Assembly (NCBI GenBank): GCA_013298895.1
Contig: JAAFJM010000005.1
Span: forward strand, 106,229-170,228
Reading direction: 5' to 3'
Source: Bacteroidota bacterium
Lineage (GTDB): Bacteria > Bacteroidota > Bacteroidia > UKL13-3
Length of the DNA: 64,000 nt
Part shown: piece by piece, positions 39,651-49,700 of the stretch
Layout of the letters: each line of letters starts with the position of its first letter
How positions within the stretch are numbered: position 1 is the stretch's first letter
Made by a program: the position numbers and the translations under genes
Notes under the pieces: generated by a model
Databases searched by the model: none
Told to the model about the DNA's origin: nothing
What the model saw: only the letters and a program-made list of their open reading frames with translations

Positions 39651-40023
39651 TCACATATATGAATATGCGGTAATTCGTGTTTTGCCGGTTATTGAACGCG
39701 AAGAATTTGTAAACGTGGGCATTATTTTATTTTGTAAAAAAGCCAATTTTATAAAAGTGCATTATACTGTAAATGAAGCTAAACTATTAGTTTTTTCAGA
39801 AAAAATTGATATTGAACAAATTAACTTGAATTTACAATCATTAGCTAATATTGCACACGGCATAAAAAATAGCAATCCAATTGCTGAATTAGATGTACCT
39901 TCAAGGTTTAGATGGCTCACAGCAGTAAGAAGTTCAGCCATTCAGCTATCACGTCCACACCCAGGATTGTGTTCTGATTTAGAAAAAACCGCTCAACGAT
40001 TGTTTGAGGAAATAGTTCTTTAG
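39640..40023 (+). CDS. DUF3037-like small protein, translationally coupled to the kinase
   Basis: 127 aa. EYAVIRVLPVIEREEFVNVGIILF matches the conserved N-terminal block of DUF3037. Its ATG overlaps the kinase stop by 11 nt. Confidence 0.5.
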   Translation: MQDNHIYEYAVIRVLPVIEREEFVNVGIILFCKKANFIKVHYTVNEAKLLVFSEKIDIEQINLNLQSLANIAHGIKNSNPIAELDVPSRFRWLTAVRSSAIQLSRPHPGLCSDLEKTAQRLFEEIVL

Positions 40024-40461
40024 CAAACAACATTTAAAGTTCTTATAAATAATCTGCAGTACTATATTTTTCTGCACTAAACTATTGATGTTTGAAGTTA
40101 AATAAATGGTGTAGTATTGTTCATTTTTACAATATACTTGCGGCCCCTAACAAGCCATTTTAGTAACTTATTTACCCATTAAAGTATCAGTTCTTTAGGT
40201 CATAAATATTAACTTTGCTTCGGCTTTCATTTTTTTAGTATTGTAAAAGCCGTTTTGAATAGCATGACTAAAACAATAGGAAAGGTATTCCAATGAACTT
40301 TCGTTCATGTTCTCCAATAGAATGATATACCTCTGCACGATTTGATGATGATTATAAATGTTTATGGTAATGAACCAAGTGCAACTAATAATTGCAAGCT
40401 ATTAACTTTTTCAGGGTATTTTTTAGAAATAATCTAGCTATTACCCCTCCAAAGCTGTGCT

Positions 40462-40745
40462 CTAATAAGTAGCCTTGCTTAAATGGTAGTTTGAATAAAT
40501 GGTGTTTAAATCGTTAAAAGTTTCTTGAAAAGTAAATTGGGCATTTTTGTCTAATGATCTTCCCTCGCCACGTCTGTCATATACAATTACATAAAAGCCG
40601 TTTTCGGTAAGCTTTTTTGATGTTGTACCTTCAAAATTAGCACAATTATAACCAGGACCACCATGCAAAAATATAAGTGGTTTATCTTTGGCATTGCCAA
40701 ATGTTCTAATTAAAAGGGTATATCCAACTGAAGCAACGTTTGTTA
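40462..40745 (-). pseudogene. Truncated alpha/beta-hydrolase (proline-iminopeptidase-like) gene fragment
   Basis: The minus strand encodes ...FGNAKDKPLIFLHGGPG...VIVYDRRGEGRS..., the N-terminal ~95 aa of an alpha/beta hydrolase. It has no in-frame Met upstream (a stop precedes it) and no nucleophile-elbow region downstream. Confidence 0.5.
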
Positions 40746-41264
40746 CAATAAAAATGAAGCAATAAAAAGTAATTTCATAATATTTTTTTGTTTGTTTAAA
40801 CTTATAGATACAAAGCAGAGCAAAATGTTACAGGTTAAAACATTTGTTTTGTAAACTGTCTGATTAAAACAAAGAGCAAATAAAAATATAACTTTCCATT
40901 CCAAATAAGAGCATGAGAAATAGGAAAAACAACAACCATATAACTATTTAAACATTAAATAATAACACTAAATTTACTAGTAATGTTGTAGTTTTTTTAT
41001 AAATAAAAAATATTGAGCGAAAATATAAAAGGGGGTAAAAAAGAATCAAAATAGTGTACAAGTAGAAAAGTTACATCATCAAAAAAAACAAAAAAAAGTT
41101 TGAAAATAATTTTTTTTACTATATTGGTTGTGGTAAATTTTACCATAATTAAATTTAAAATCAATATATTGATCAACAGTTTCGATTAAAAAAATGCATA
41201 AAAAACTATTACGTACATAAAATAAAAAAAATCAATGCTAATGGATAAACTAAACAGATACAAA

Positions 41265-44200
41265 ATGAAAAAAATGTTACTTCAGTGCCTTTTATTTCTT
41301 ACACCAGTCTTAGCATTTGCGCAAAAGGATAAAGTGTTAGTCATTAAATCTGGCAACGGATTTAAACTTACTGTAAATGGAAAAGAGACGTTCATCAATG
41401 GAATGAATTGGGATTATTTTCCAATTGGTACCAACTACAATTATAGTTTATGGAAGCAATCAGATGATGTGATTATTGCAGCATTAGATATTGAAATGCC
41501 CCTTCTTAAAAATATGGGCGTTAATGTTATTAGGCAATATACTGGCGTTCCAGCAAAATGGGTAAAATATATTTATGAAAATTATGGTATTTATACCATG
41601 CTTAATCATTCTTTTGGCCGCTATGGTTTAACTGTTAAGGGCAAATGGGAACCAAATACTGACTACGCTGATCCAAATGTGCGCGAAATTTTATTGAACG
41701 AAACCAAAGAGATGGTAAGGGAATACAAGGAAACACCTGGTGTTTTGCTTTTTTTGCTAGGTAATGAAAATAACTATGGTCTTTTTTGGAGAGGTGCAGA
41801 AACAGAGAACATACCATTTGCCGACAGAAAGTCAACAAAAGCGGCTTATGACATGTACAAACTCTTCAACGATGCTACAAAAGCATTAAAAGAATTAGAT
41901 AGCAATCACCCAATATCAATATGTAATGGAGACTTATTATTTTCAGATATCATTGCCAAAGAGTGCAAGGATGTTGATATTTTAGGAATTAATTGTTACC
42001 GCGGGTCTTCTTTTACTAATTTGTACGATAAAGTAAAAAAGGATTTAAATATGCCCATATTACTTACTGAATTTGGTTCAGATGCCTATAATACGCTGGC
42101 AAATAAAGAAGATCAAGAATATCAAGCCAAAGTGTTACTTAGCAATTGGAAAGAAATATACGAAAATGCTTCTGGAATGGGTAAAAATGACAATAGCTTG
42201 GGTGGATTCACATTTCAGTTTAGCGATGGCTGGTGGAAAACCGGTCAAACAATAAATTTAGATGAACACGATGCCACTGCTTCATGGTCGAATGGCGGTT
42301 ACAAAAATGATTTTGTTTTAGGTGAGAATAATATGAATGAAGAGTGGTTTGGAATATGTGCTAAAGGACAAACAAATGAGCGAGGAACATACGAACTTTA
42401 TCCAAGAGCAGCCTATTATGCTCTGCAAAGTGTTCATCAGTTTAATCCTTACACTGCAAATCCTGAATCTATAAATATTTTGTTTAAAGGAATTTCTGTG
42501 GCAGATGCTACTTTAAGGGCAAGGGGAGATAAAGCGGTGTTGGAGTCTAAAGATAAAGGCAAATTGTATTTAAGTAATTTACAGGCCAATTTTAACACTT
42601 ACCAAACTGGCGGAAGTTTAATTTCAACTCCTACAACTGCTAACCCAGCAAGCACAACATTTCCAAATGAACAAGGCTTCGACCACATGGAATCATTTAA
42701 TATTGGAGTGACAGCAAGACCTGCTCCTAACATGAGGGCAAATGTTCAATTTAATGTGTTAGGTAATGTTGCTACCAGACCAATTGATGAAATATTTTAT
42801 GAAAACAGGGGACGTAATTTAACGGTTCAAACACCAAATGGACCTCAACAGATTAATTCAAACAATAGGTTGCAATTATATAGAGCAAGTTATACTTGGG
42901 ATGCTCAAGAATTTAAGGTAACAGGTTTTTACAGAACCGGCCACTACCATTGGGGGTATGAGGGCGATTTTTTTGGACTTTATCGTGAGGCTAATTACGG
43001 GCCAAATATTGATATTTATAATGGCAATGCTCCTTTTGGTTTTGAAGTGGAAGCAAAGAAAATGTTAAAAGGCTTGAAAATTGCATTTGGCCCTGAATTA
43101 TGGTGGGGTGCAAACCCCGCTTTTCTAGCAAAATATAGTAGAAAATTAATCGGTTTAGATGTAACTGGTATATTCCATGAAGATCTCGTACAAAGGAGTG
43201 ATTTACAAAGTTCATTTGCTGTACCTGTTCCAAAAACGAGAAGATTGACATTAGCGATTGGTAAAAAAACAGAAAAATTCACATTTGATGTGGGTGGAAT
43301 TTGGGGAGGTCAGCCTCTTGTTGGAAGAGGTTTCCAAATGATCCAAGACAATATTGTGTATGTTGATAAAATAAAAAGTACAGATAATTTTGGAGGAAAA
43401 GTAAAACTTACTTATTCAATAGGATCGATACGATGGTATGGTCTTGCGTCTTATATGGGGCTAGTTGCTAACGGTGGTGTAGATCAAACTAAAACTTTTA
43501 CAGGATGGGTACTTAAGGATATTGGAAGTGGAAATATGTACAATGTACTTTCAGGGTTTACCTACAACATTGGTAAATTTCAAATTGCTCCTAATTTCTT
43601 GTATCAAAAACCTTTAGTAGGACCAATTGGGCCACAATTTGCTGCACCAGCCAGGCCAAGAAATATATTAGATGATCCTTTTTCAGTAAGAGGAAACAGA
43701 GAAACTTTGGGTGGAGAGCTTTTACTAACCTTTGACCCTACTCCAGCTACTTGGATGTATGAATGGGACAATGATAGAATGGAAGATGCACAGTTTGCCA
43801 TGAGTACAGGCTTTGTGTATCGCCATCTACCTACTATTCAAGATGCAGCTATTGGTATTCTTGGAAATGGACGTACTACTTTCGTGTTTCCTGGTTCAGC
43901 ACCAGCACAAGATTTGTGGGAAGCAAATACCAGAATGGTTTCCAAAATAAATCCTCAATTCGGTATTATAGGAAATATTTATTTTGGAAATGGACAAGCA
44001 AATGGAAGTGATACCAGAACTATAAATAGATATGGTATTGACATCAGAACCATTTACAAAAAAATGAAACTAATTACGATGGTTAAAATTGATGATTGGG
44101 GACCTTTTGATTACCACAGAGATTTTAACCAAACTTTCCCGCTTCAGTTGATAGGTGATTGGTCAGTAGAAATAGGGAAACCGGACTGGTTTATGTTGCC

Positions 44201-44378
44201 TGGAACAAAACTTGGATTTAGAGGAACCTACCGCACACTAAATAGATACTCCAATAGATATTCACCAACTACGAAAATGAATAACTTAGGTGAAATTGTT
44301 CCAGACCCAAATGCTATTGGATTCCCTGATGGAAATGAGTGGGAATTTAGAACCTATATCCAAATAAACATTAACTAA
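41265..44378 (+). CDS. Secreted clan GH-A glycoside hydrolase domain (GH5-like) fused to a ~600-aa putative outer-membrane beta-barrel
   Basis: Signal peptide (MKKMLLQCLLFLTPVLAFAQ). The N-terminal ~400 aa carry the LFLLGNENNY acid/base and ILLTEFG nucleophile Glu motifs of TIM-barrel clan GH-A hydrolases. The C-terminal ~600 aa are Gly/Tyr/Asn/Trp-rich with alternating hydrophobic residues, typical of OM beta-barrels. The ORF track starts 10 codons earlier at 41235. Confidence 0.55.
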   Translation: MKKMLLQCLLFLTPVLAFAQKDKVLVIKSGNGFKLTVNGKETFINGMNWDYFPIGTNYNYSLWKQSDDVIIAALDIEMPLLKNMGVNVIRQYTGVPAKWVKYIYENYGIYTMLNHSFGRYGLTVKGKWEPNTDYADPNVREILLNETKEMVREYKETPGVLLFLLGNENNYGLFWRGAETENIPFADRKSTKAAYDMYKLFNDATKALKELDSNHPISICNGDLLFSDIIAKECKDVDILGINCYRGSSFTNLYDKVKKDLNMPILLTEFGSDAYNTLANKEDQEYQAKVLLSNWKEIYENASGMGKNDNSLGGFTFQFSDGWWKTGQTINLDEHDATASWSNGGYKNDFVLGENNMNEEWFGICAKGQTNERGTYELYPRAAYYALQSVHQFNPYTANPESINILFKGISVADATLRARGDKAVLESKDKGKLYLSNLQANFNTYQTGGSLISTPTTANPASTTFPNEQGFDHMESFNIGVTARPAPNMRANVQFNVLGNVATRPIDEIFYENRGRNLTVQTPNGPQQINSNNRLQLYRASYTWDAQEFKVTGFYRTGHYHWGYEGDFFGLYREANYGPNIDIYNGNAPFGFEVEAKKMLKGLKIAFGPELWWGANPAFLAKYSRKLIGLDVTGIFHEDLVQRSDLQSSFAVPVPKTRRLTLAIGKKTEKFTFDVGGIWGGQPLVGRGFQMIQDNIVYVDKIKSTDNFGGKVKLTYSIGSIRWYGLASYMGLVANGGVDQTKTFTGWVLKDIGSGNMYNVLSGFTYNIGKFQIAPNFLYQKPLVGPIGPQFAAPARPRNILDDPFSVRGNRETLGGELLLTFDPTPATWMYEWDNDRMEDAQFAMSTGFVYRHLPTIQDAAIGILGNGRTTFVFPGSAPAQDLWEANTRMVSKINPQFGIIGNIYFGNGQANGSDTRTINRYGIDIRTIYKKMKLITMVKIDDWGPFDYHRDFNQTFPLQLIGDWSVEIGKPDWFMLPGTKLGFRGTYRTLNRYSNRYSPTTKMNNLGEIVPDPNAIGFPDGNEWEFRTYIQININ

Positions 44379-44408
44379 TGAAATTCAATACTTATAAAAA
44401 AACAAAAA

Positions 44409-45818
44409 ATGAATATTTTAAGTAAAAAAATTATTTCTATAAGTCTCTTATCTACATTATTTGTTGTTCAATTTGGATGTAAAAGAGATTTATCTAACGA
44501 TGCAGTATTGCCTACGTTTTCAAAAAATGGAGGGATTTTTACCGATAATTTTATTGGTTTAGGCTCTAATTTTTATTTCCCATTTGCTGATGCAAAACCG
44601 GATGTGTTTTCCGTAGATATGAAAGAGGGTTTCGAAAGCAATGCTTCTATAAGAATAGACGTACCCAACAATACTGACCCAACAGGGACTTATGCAGGGG
44701 CTATTTTTAGGGTAGATGGAGCAGGTAGAAATCTTTCAGGTTTTGATGCACTTACATTTTATGTTAAAGCATCTACAGGTGTAAAACTAGGGGATGTAGG
44801 GTTTGGAATAGACTACCTTGGTGACAAATACAAAGTTTCAATACAAAATGTAAATGTAGGTACTGGGTGGTCCAAAGTAATTATTCCTATTCCTGATGCA
44901 TCTAAACTTACAAACGAAAGAGGTGTGTTTTGGTTTGCTGCAGGAACTCAAGGAACAAATGGCTCAGGCTATGCCCTTTGGTTTGATGAAATAAAATTTG
45001 AAAAACTAGGAACTGTAGGCAAACCAACTTCCACTATTTTGGATGGTCAAACAAGCACTATTAAATCATTTAATGGCTCTACTATAAATATAACTGGACT
45101 AGACCATATTTATAACCTTACAAATGGTCAAGATGTTAAAGTAATTTCAACTGCCGCTTATTATAATTTTACCAGCTCTAATCCAACCGTGGCTACTGTT
45201 AATGATATAGGAGTTATAACCGTTTTAGCAACGGGAAATGCAGAAATAACAGCTAGCGTAAATGGTGTTCCAGCCAAAGGGAAAGTTATAATTGAGTCGA
45301 AAGGAGATTTTGTAGGTGCACCGGCTCCAACAAAGCCTCAAAATGACGTAAAATCTATTTTTAGTGACGCTTATACCGATGCAACAACAAGTAATTTCAC
45401 CCCTGGTTTTGGAGGTTCTACAACAATAACCGATATCTTAACAACAAGTACTGGAAAGATTGCTCAGTATAGTAACAATAATTACACGGGAATAATGTTC
45501 ACTGAAAACCCTTTAGACGGAACAACAATGGGATTTTTACATATAGATGCTTACGTTGAGAACGCCTCTACCACAATTGGAATTCAAATTAGAGATATAG
45601 GTGCAAATAAAACCATTAATACCGATGTGAACACAGGAAATCCCATAGGAGATGATAAAGATTTAAGAACTACTTTATCAGGCTTTCAAGCGGGAGTTTG
45701 GAAGTCTTTTGATATACCTTTAAATGGTGCAATCCAAAACCAAAAAGGTAACTTAGGTGCACTTATTGTTACTGGTGGTCCTAATTTTATTCTCGACAAT
45801 ATTTATTTCTATAAATAA
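44409..45818 (+). CDS. Surface lipoprotein with Big_2 (bacterial Ig-like) domain; putative glycan-binding SusE/F-like protein
   Basis: Lipobox (VVQFGCKRD). ISTAAYYNFTSSNPTVATVNDIGVITVLATGNAEITASV is a Big_2 signature. Confidence 0.5.
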   Translation: MNILSKKIISISLLSTLFVVQFGCKRDLSNDAVLPTFSKNGGIFTDNFIGLGSNFYFPFADAKPDVFSVDMKEGFESNASIRIDVPNNTDPTGTYAGAIFRVDGAGRNLSGFDALTFYVKASTGVKLGDVGFGIDYLGDKYKVSIQNVNVGTGWSKVIIPIPDASKLTNERGVFWFAAGTQGTNGSGYALWFDEIKFEKLGTVGKPTSTILDGQTSTIKSFNGSTINITGLDHIYNLTNGQDVKVISTAAYYNFTSSNPTVATVNDIGVITVLATGNAEITASVNGVPAKGKVIIESKGDFVGAPAPTKPQNDVKSIFSDAYTDATTSNFTPGFGGSTTITDILTTSTGKIAQYSNNNYTGIMFTENPLDGTTMGFLHIDAYVENASTTIGIQIRDIGANKTINTDVNTGNPIGDDKDLRTTLSGFQAGVWKSFDIPLNGAIQNQKGNLGALIVTGGPNFILDNIYFYK

Positions 45819-45853
45819 AATAAAGCAAGTTCAATCCTTTAAAAAATGTATTA

Positions 45854-46666
45854 ATGAAGTATATAAATAAAATAATGATAGTGGCTATGCTATTTGTAAT
45901 GCTAGCAGGTTGTGAAGTAGAACCAAAACAAACCCTACCAAATAGAAGCTTCGAGTTGGTTTGGAGTGACGAGTTTGAAGGTGATTCGGGCGTTGCCCCC
46001 AATGCAACTAAATGGACATACGATTTAGGTACTGGTCAAAATGGTTGGGGGAATAACGAACTTCAATCCTATACGAATAAAGCACAAAATGTATCTTTAG
46101 ATGGAAAAGGAAATCTGTTGATAACAGCAATAAAAAATGGTTCCAATTATACCTCTGCACGTATCAAAACGAAAGGAATATTTTCTCAGAAATATGGCAA
46201 ATTTGAGGCACGTATTAAAACACCAACAGGAGCTGGCATGTGGCCTGCGTTTTGGATGTTGGGTGATAATATTGATAGTGTAAGTTGGCCAAAATGTGGT
46301 GAGATTGATATCATGGAACAAAAAGGAAAGTTTTCGAATATTACTTACGGTACTATTCATGGGCCTGGTTACTTTGGTGGCGAAGCTATAAGCTCCCCTT
46401 ATTCAATACCCAATAGCCGATTCGATAATGATTTTTTCATTTACGCTGTAGAATGGAATGAAAGCCAGATTGATTTTTTTGTGAATGGTTATCTTTATAG
46501 AAGAATCACACCTGCTGAAACGAAAGGACAGTGGGTATTCAAACAATCATTTTTTATGATCCTTAATTTAGCAGTAGGTGGAAACTTTGGAGGACCTCCA
46601 AATGAGAATACACCATTTCCAGGAACTATGGCTGTGGATTATGTCAGAGTTTATAAGTATAAATAA
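45854..46666 (+). CDS. GH16 endo-beta-1,3-glucanase (laminarinase) lipoprotein
   Basis: Lipobox (MLAGCEV). ELVWSDEFEG and the GH16 catalytic motif EIDIME (ExDxxE). ARIKTKG, WPAFWMLG. Confidence 0.85.
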   Translation: MKYINKIMIVAMLFVMLAGCEVEPKQTLPNRSFELVWSDEFEGDSGVAPNATKWTYDLGTGQNGWGNNELQSYTNKAQNVSLDGKGNLLITAIKNGSNYTSARIKTKGIFSQKYGKFEARIKTPTGAGMWPAFWMLGDNIDSVSWPKCGEIDIMEQKGKFSNITYGTIHGPGYFGGEAISSPYSIPNSRFDNDFFIYAVEWNESQIDFFVNGYLYRRITPAETKGQWVFKQSFFMILNLAVGGNFGGPPNENTPFPGTMAVDYVRVYKYK

Positions 46667-46780
46667 CTCTGCAACATTGTTATTTGTTATATTTAAATTA
46701 GCTGATAACACTTTTGAAATATAATGTTTTGAAAAAATTAGATTCTTAAAATTTATAAAAAGGTAAATAAATACCAATTA

Positions 46781-49700
46781 ATGACAGGTCAAAATCAAGA
46801 AAAACAAGAGTCTTTAGTAGCAATAAAGCGATTGAAAATTGAAGGTGAAAACTTCTTTTGCATTTCAAACAATAATGAAATGCGTCCATTTTTTATGAGT
46901 ATAGTAAGCGATTCTCATCATTGGATGTTTATATCCAGTAATGGAGGGATTACTGCTGGACGTAAGAGTGCTGAGTACGCATTATTTCCTTATTACACTG
47001 TTGATAAAATTACTGAATCATACGACATTACTGGTTCTAAGTCAATATTTCAAGTAATTCAAAATGACGAAATCCATGTATGGGAACCATTTTCTGAACG
47101 AAATGAAAGCGAATTTCACACTGCTAGAAACCTATATAAAAATGCTATTGGTAATAAAATCATTTTTGAAGAAATAAATCATACGCTTGGGCTTACATTT
47201 AGATATGAATGGAACTCTAGCAATATGTATGGGTTTGTACGTAAATCTACTATAGAAAATATAGGAGATAAAGAACTTAAAATTAATTTGCTAGATGGCA
47301 TACAAAATATAATGCCAGATGGTGTAAGTAGTGATTTACAAAACGCTGCTAGTAATCTTGTTGATGCGTACAAGAGAAATGAATTAGATGCGGGTTCAGG
47401 GATGGGGATATTTGCCCTAAGTGCAATTATAGTAGATAAAGCTGAACCTAGCGAAGCACTTAAAGCCAACGTTGCTTGGTCTCTTGGACTTGATAATCCA
47501 AAATATTTAGTGTCTTCTTTGCAACTTAATGCTTTTAGAAAGGGATTAGGCATAGTTCAAGAAGAAGATGTGAAGGCAGAAAAAGGATCTTATTTCATTA
47601 ATAAAGAAATTACATTATCACCTGGGAATAAAAAAAATTGGTTAATTATAGCTGATGTAAACCAAAGCCAGGCCGATGTTGTTAGATTAATTAATGAGAT
47701 TAAAACCAATAAAGAAATTAGAAAACTGGTAGAAGACGACATAGAACTTGGCTCTCAACGATTAATTGAACTTAATGCATCATCTGATGGCATCCAATTG
47801 TCGGATGATGTTTACAGGGATACACGACATTTTTCCAATACCCTTTTCAATATAATGCGAGGCGGCATTTTCGATTTCAATTACCAAATCGAAAAGTGGG
47901 ATTTAGTTAAACACTTCATTACGGCTAACAAAACGGTTTATGAAAAGCACCATAAGTTGTTTGATGGCTTGGCTGAAACTTTCACAGTTTTTGAATTAGA
48001 AAAATTATCATCTGAAACTGACGACAACCATTTTAAGAGACTATGTGCAGAATACATGCCTTTAAAATTCAGCAGAAGGCATGGTGATCCAAGTAGGCCT
48101 TGGAATAAATTTTCAATCAACACCCGAAGCGCGGTTGACCACTCAAAGGTATTGGATTACGAAGGCAACTGGCGAGATATTTTTCAAAACTGGGAAGCAC
48201 TAGCAATCTCTTACCCTGCCTTTACCAAGAGTATGGTTCACAAGTTTTTAAATGCAACTACTTTTGAAGGATATAATCCTTATAGGTTAACTAAAAGTGG
48301 TTTTGATTGGGAAACAGTAGAGCATGATAATCCTTGGTCGTATATTGGTTATTGGGGAGATCATCAGATTATATATTTGTTAAAATTATTGGAAATTAAT
48401 GAGAAGTATTTTCCTGGTCAATTAAGTAGCCAATTTAATCAAGACCTTTTTGTATATGCCAATGTTCCTTACAAAATAAAGAGTTATAATGAAATTGTGA
48501 ACAACGCTAAAGATACCATAGAGTTTGAGGAGGCGTTGGATGCAAAAATCAGAAAAAAGCGTGACTTAATAGGTTCTGACGCTACACTTTTAGAAGATCA
48601 AAAAGGAAAAATTTATTCCGTAAATTTTATAGAGAAAATATTAGCAACTGTTTTGTCTAAACTCTCCAATTTTATTCCTGGTGGTGGAATTTGGATGAAT
48701 ACCCAAAGGCCGGAATGGAATGATGCAAACAATGCACTTGTAGGGAATGGTGTTTCCGTTGTAACCCTCTGCTACCTGCGAAGGTTCCTTGTGTTTTTTG
48801 ATAAGCTTATTGAGCAAACAGCGGATGAAGATCGCGTTGAAGTATCGAATGAGTTAATCATCTTCTTTAAAAAATTACATACAACTTTTGATGAACATGC
48901 AGCATTGTTAAAAAATGACATCAATGATGCTCAACGCAAAGAAATACTTGATAGTTTAGGTCAAGCAGGAAGTGATTACAGAGAACATATTTACAAACAA
49001 TCATTTTGGGGAGAGAAAAGAACAATTTCATACCGTAGGCTTAAAGCATTTGCTAAAGTAAGTTTACAGTTTATAGAACATACAATCAACGCCAATAAAC
49101 GTGATGATGAGATGTATCATTCCTACAATTTGATGAGCATTCGAGACAATAATGAAATTTCTATTTCTTACCTCAATGAAATGCTCGAAGGACAAGTTGC
49201 TGTGCTGAGTTCGGGTTACCTATCTCCAAAGGATGCCTTAAAACTATTGGATAGTATGAAGAAGAGTGCGCTTTTCCGTCCTGATCAGTACAGCTATTTG
49301 CTTTACCCAAATAAAATACTTCCTAAGTTTTTAGAGAAGAACAATATCCCAAAAGAAGCCATAAAACAATCAAAGCTTATCAATGCAATGTTAGCTGATG
49401 GCGATAAATCGCTTGTAGAGCAAGACATAAAAGGAGATTACCATTTTAACGGTAACTTTAAAAATGCTGCCGATTTAAGTGATGCCATTTCAAAATTGGA
49501 GAATTCAAAGTATGGTCAGTTCATTCAAAGTGAAAAGAAAGCTCTTTTAGATACTTTTGAATTAGTTTTTGACCATAAATCATTTACTGGCCGTTCTGGT
49601 ACATTTTATGGCTACGAAGGTCTAGGCTCTATTTACTGGCACATGGTTTCTAAACTGCAATTGGCTGTGCAAGAAGTATGTTTGCAAGCAATAGAAAAAG

